Part shown: piece by piece, positions 60,512 through 64,000 of the stretch | Layout of the letters: every line of letters begins with the position of its first letter | Numbering within the stretch: position 1 is the stretch's first letter | Origin: Marsupella aquatica | Taxonomy: Eukaryota; Plantae; Marchantiophyta | Assembly: GCA_973895155.1 (NCBI GenBank) | Contig: OZ316897.1 | Span: 186,001 to 250,000 of the forward strand | Length of the DNA stretch: 64,000 nt | Direction: 5' to 3' | Position numbers and translations under genes: made by a program | The notes under the pieces: model-generated | Database searches by the model: none | The model's input: the letters and a program-made list of their open reading frames with translations, nothing else | Told to the model about the DNA's origin: nothing

Positions 60512-62434
60512 ATGCTTGATCAGCCTGAGTTTAGTGCGGCTCGCATTCGTAGGTACAAGGCCGCTTACCGGGACTACATTGCGTCGCAAATTGCTGAAGA
60601 GAGAAAAGGAAGACATACAGCCATGAGTACCGGACCAGATACCCGTAGCGCATCTGTTGAGAGGAGGGTTTTTCGAAGAGTCTACCCCCGAACTTCTGCC
60701 AAGATGATGGAGGAGTGCAAGGAGATTTTTCAGGCCACGGGTCTGACCAATTTCATGCGGGTAGAGATCAGGATTCCCCAAGATAGGACTTGGAACGTGG
60801 AGGCGGGATTAGAGTTCCGTATAGAGGGGATATACTTTCATTGTACACAGAGGTTGATCCCCAACACGGAGCTGGCCAAACTATTGTTCCTGGACAACTA
60901 GGATTTCACTTTTCAGCCAGCGGAGCCACTAGAGATACTTACGTTGGAGAAGCTAGCTGAGGTTGTGAGAGATCCCACCTCCGTAACCACCATTCCCCTT
61001 TCATCATTCAAGGAACCAGCCTTCAAGGGGTTGGTGGCCAAGATATACCAATGGGTGCTTGGCCAGGGGCAATTTGGAGTGGTGAGTGGAGATCAATTGG
61101 CTATGCCAATGACATCAAAGCTCACCCAAGTCACACTTACGGATGGTGGTACTTTGGGCTGAAGAAAGCATTGGCCATGGATCCTAAAAGTGTGAAGTTC
61201 GGAGGGAGCGTTCATTTGATGGTGTCCTTCCTCTTGGCCAGGTCAAAAGGGCTCCTCCCCTCTCCGGGAACTGAAGAATCCGTGCCACCCTTCACCATGG
61301 AAATACGGAGGATTGCAACTACCATCTTGGGGAGTCTCGCGAAGGAACCACCATCTGAACCTATAGCCAAAACCACTACAGAAGAGCGCCCGGATGAGGA
61401 TAGCACGGTGGAGTGGATGGAGTTGCTTGTGGGGAATCCGGAGGAGCCCCTTGATTACAATGTGCTCGAGGTGTATTTGGCTGAATTACGTGATTTTTGC
61501 GATGGAGTGCATGAGGGGCTGAAGTTGTGCCAAAATTTGAGAGAGGCCCTCAACCAAGCCAATGCCAGGGTAGAAACCTGGCAGGCAAGCAACCAGGCCT
61601 TGAAAGAGGTGATAAGGCTAGGGAGGTAGTGATCCAAGAGCAAGGTGGATCACTTACGGAGGCACAAGTTCAGATTTCTCAGTTGCACGGAGCCTTGTCT
61701 ACCAAGGCTAAGGAAGCGTTGGAGGTGGGAGTCTTGAGGGAGGAATTGGCCAAGCTCAAGCAGAGCACCGGTGAGATAGAGAGGCTGAAGCGACAAATTG
61801 TGGAGTTACGGGGCCAGGTTGGGCTCCTTGAGACCAGGGCCAAGAGAAACGATATGTTGAGGTTGGGGAAGAGGAAAAGCTCATCCTCACCTAGCCCTAC
61901 TCTCCCCCTGACTTGGTCTCTAAGGCTATAGAGATGGTGGTAACGGAGGTAACTCAGAAGTACGGACCAATGTTGGATTCAGCAAAGAAAAACAAGGAGA
62001 AGTGTAAGATACTGGAAAAGAAGCTACGGGAGTCCCGTAAGTCATTACGGGAGACCCAAGGGAGTCACGGAGCCACCGTGTCCCCATCATTATGGGCGGA
62101 GATCTCACCTAGTCATGGAATAGCGGGGATGTTGGATATGCCACCCAGGACCGCAAACCCAGGAACCCCTTTGGCTATCGGTTAGGTCTTACCCTTGGAA
62201 TTGCAGGGAGGGGAGGAGGCCGCTCTATGGAAGGACACGATCAGCCAGGGTTATGTTAGGGCCTGGCAAGCTTTGGCGGCATTGAGGAGACGGGGAGCCT
62301 CTGGCCAGACCCCGGGAAGGACTCCCCCGGCAAGGAGAATAGTAGGTGTTACACCCACATCAGCGGAGGGCGCCGGCAGTGAGGATTCCCGGGGGTGGAG
62401 TCCCGGTTCCGTGAGTGAGTCCAGGGAAGACTAG
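60512..62434 (+). pseudogene. Fragmented LTR-internal ORF with coiled-coil C-terminal half
   Basis: Consecutive same-strand ORF pieces 60512-60901, 60944-61629 and 61630-62434, with heptad-like E/K/L richness. Confidence 0.55.
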
Positions 62435-62692
62435 TGAGGCATACGGACGTTGGTCGTACGGATTTTGAATTATTCAACACCTTGGATGAGGAGAATCACG
62501 GGCTTGTTGGAAGAAGCTCGAGGAGCTAATTCCGGCAAGGTGTGGCACGCCTGGAACGGAGTCAGGATGAAGAAGTTATGAGCTCGGGCGTATTATGGAT
62601 TCAAACATCCGTAACTTGGTCGTCCGGGATCCGTTTTGAGTGCTGCTTACGGATTTGTGTTTGGGAGGAGCAGAGCTACCCAGGGCTGGGGG

Positions 62693-62713
62693 TTTAGGGT
62701 TTAGGGTTTAGGG
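62693..62713 (+). repeat. (TTTAGGG)3 plant telomere-type repeat
   Basis: Seen directly; further single copies at about 62730 and 62830. Confidence 0.8.
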
Positions 62714-63091
62714 GAGTAGTTCAAAATGGTTTAGGGTTTCGACCTTGAGTGGCCCCCTCACTTCCCCGTGACTACCAAGTGCGGTTGGCACCGTCGAAGG
62801 CACCGATGGTCCCATAGTTAGATTAGGGTTTTAGGAGCATGTGTGTGCCGCATGTTTTAGGTTAGGGATTCCTTGTGGAAGGTTTTTGCAGCGCCGCTAG
62901 GGTAGCCGCCATCCTTGTGACCCCGTGAGGGGTGCTTTGGTGTGTTTGTTTTGAGTATTTAGGGGGAAGCCCCGTAGTAGTGGGGGGGGGGAACTCAGCG
63001 TAGTGCTTTGATGCTTTTGAGTAGCTTTTGTGAGTAGGGCACCGATTAGGAGAAGTTCAAGCCAGAGTAGTGAGGTGGAGAACGTAGCACT

Positions 63092-63346
63092 TGTCCCCGA
63101 GAGGCAGGAGTTGGGCAGACGGCAGGAGGCCGGGTTGTCCTTGCATGTGTTACGGGAAAACCAAAAGATATGGATTTGGCTTGAGGTTCCAATATTTTGT
63201 GTGTCACTTGTTGTTGCTTGTGTTGTTTATTTTTCTCCCCTAGTGCATGTGGTCGGTTTCGTTGTGGAAACATTTGCCCTTATCACTAGTGTTCAAATCT
63301 TATTGTAAACGTTTGTATGCTTGCCCATGAGAGGGGGGTGGTGACA
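63092..63346. mobile_element. Possible small solo LTR (255 bp)
   Basis: TGTC...GACA flanked by GCACT on both sides; could be chance. Confidence 0.35.
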
Positions 63347-64000
63347 GCACTCACCCGATGGGCATGAGTTGTAGATGGTAGGACCAGTCCCTTGGACTTG
63401 ATCAAAAACGGAGAGACCAGTCGGTAGACTTGATCAAAAAGTACACTCATGGGAGCAGAATCAAACATACTCATCCTTAGGTGTGGAAATTCTCCAAATA
63501 GCGTCCCTTCACGACCCCGTAATACAATACCAACGGTTTAAACGAAGGAAAGTAAGGTTTGCACGTATTAATCATTGGATAGGCAAGTGACACAGCCGCA
63601 CCCTCAGCTTGGGTACGGTCTGTGGTAAATGTGGTCAACCTTAGCTCGGAGGACGAAGGAGCCCCTCCCCTTAATCGCAACCCACCGGGTACTTATAGTG
63701 CAAGGCCGGGTACAGCCCAGGTGGACAACATAGTGACGGTAGCGGCTCCGGCGCCAGTACTCACGATGGTAGCCCTACCACGGCCGGATAGGGAAGATGG
63801 GGAGGTGTCCCCCTCCACGAGCCACCCCTGGAACCAGTCTCAGGGGAGGAAGAGGAAGGAGCCGGCTGCAGTATCCGGGTTACCTTTGGCACTACCGTGG
63901 CCAAGCTAACCATGCATCGCATGGGGGAGAATGTTCATAAGAGCATTCTTCGTGCCCTAAGCATGCATGCTACCTGAAGACCCAAGGGTTCGAGAACCTC

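Larger units (their letters stand above)
59721..63592 (+). mobile_element. Third giant (3872 bp) coding solo-LTR-like insertion, different family
   Basis: TGTGAT...GTGACA termini; TSD CAGCC (59716-59720, 63593-63597). Excision gives an open frame TNSPA|APSAWV. Confidence 0.7.
58774..64000 (+). mobile_element. Gypsy 3' LTR (long, coding), interrupted by 59721-63592 and running off the window
   Basis: TGTGATGCC after the PPT; TATAAAA at about 59145; the internal ORF resumes at 63598 and reaches PKHACYLKTQGFENL. Confidence 0.75.

Overview
Eukaryotic plant nuclear DNA, most likely a moss or other bryophyte (inferred from the style of the PPR-DYW gene; not proven). Most of the window is nested transposable elements, around one intact host gene, a PLS-class PPR-E-DYW organellar RNA-editing factor (31380-34547). 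Removing insertions at their target-site duplications (TSDs) reconstructs three structures. (1) Two diverged copies of a Mutator-like (GCM/WRKY-DDE-SWIM) DNA transposon: element A, <1-~26300, and element B, 47550-58443, with an 8-bp TSD and no TIRs. Each carries a divergently transcribed, intron-containing cargo gene fusing a ParB/Srx-like domain to a beta-class DNA amino-methyltransferase-like domain. The non-coding DNA of each holds its own palindrome (A: TAGCGA-NN-TCGCTA; B: TAGCGCC-N-GGCGCTA). This is the best candidate for an undescribed system, a ParB/parS-like self-recognition or anti-silencing module. (2) A CACTA element (1753-~13182) carrying a SET-domain gene that could share its first exon with the transposase. 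(3) A Gypsy lineage with 3.9-4.6 kb LTRs that themselves encode PMD-like/coiled-coil proteins, present as several solo LTRs. Also present are two ordinary solo LTRs, a MITE, an inverted integrase duplication and a degenerate Sola-like transposase. Most TE genes here have stops, frameshifts or insertions. All family assignments come from motif reading by eye; no database search was run.
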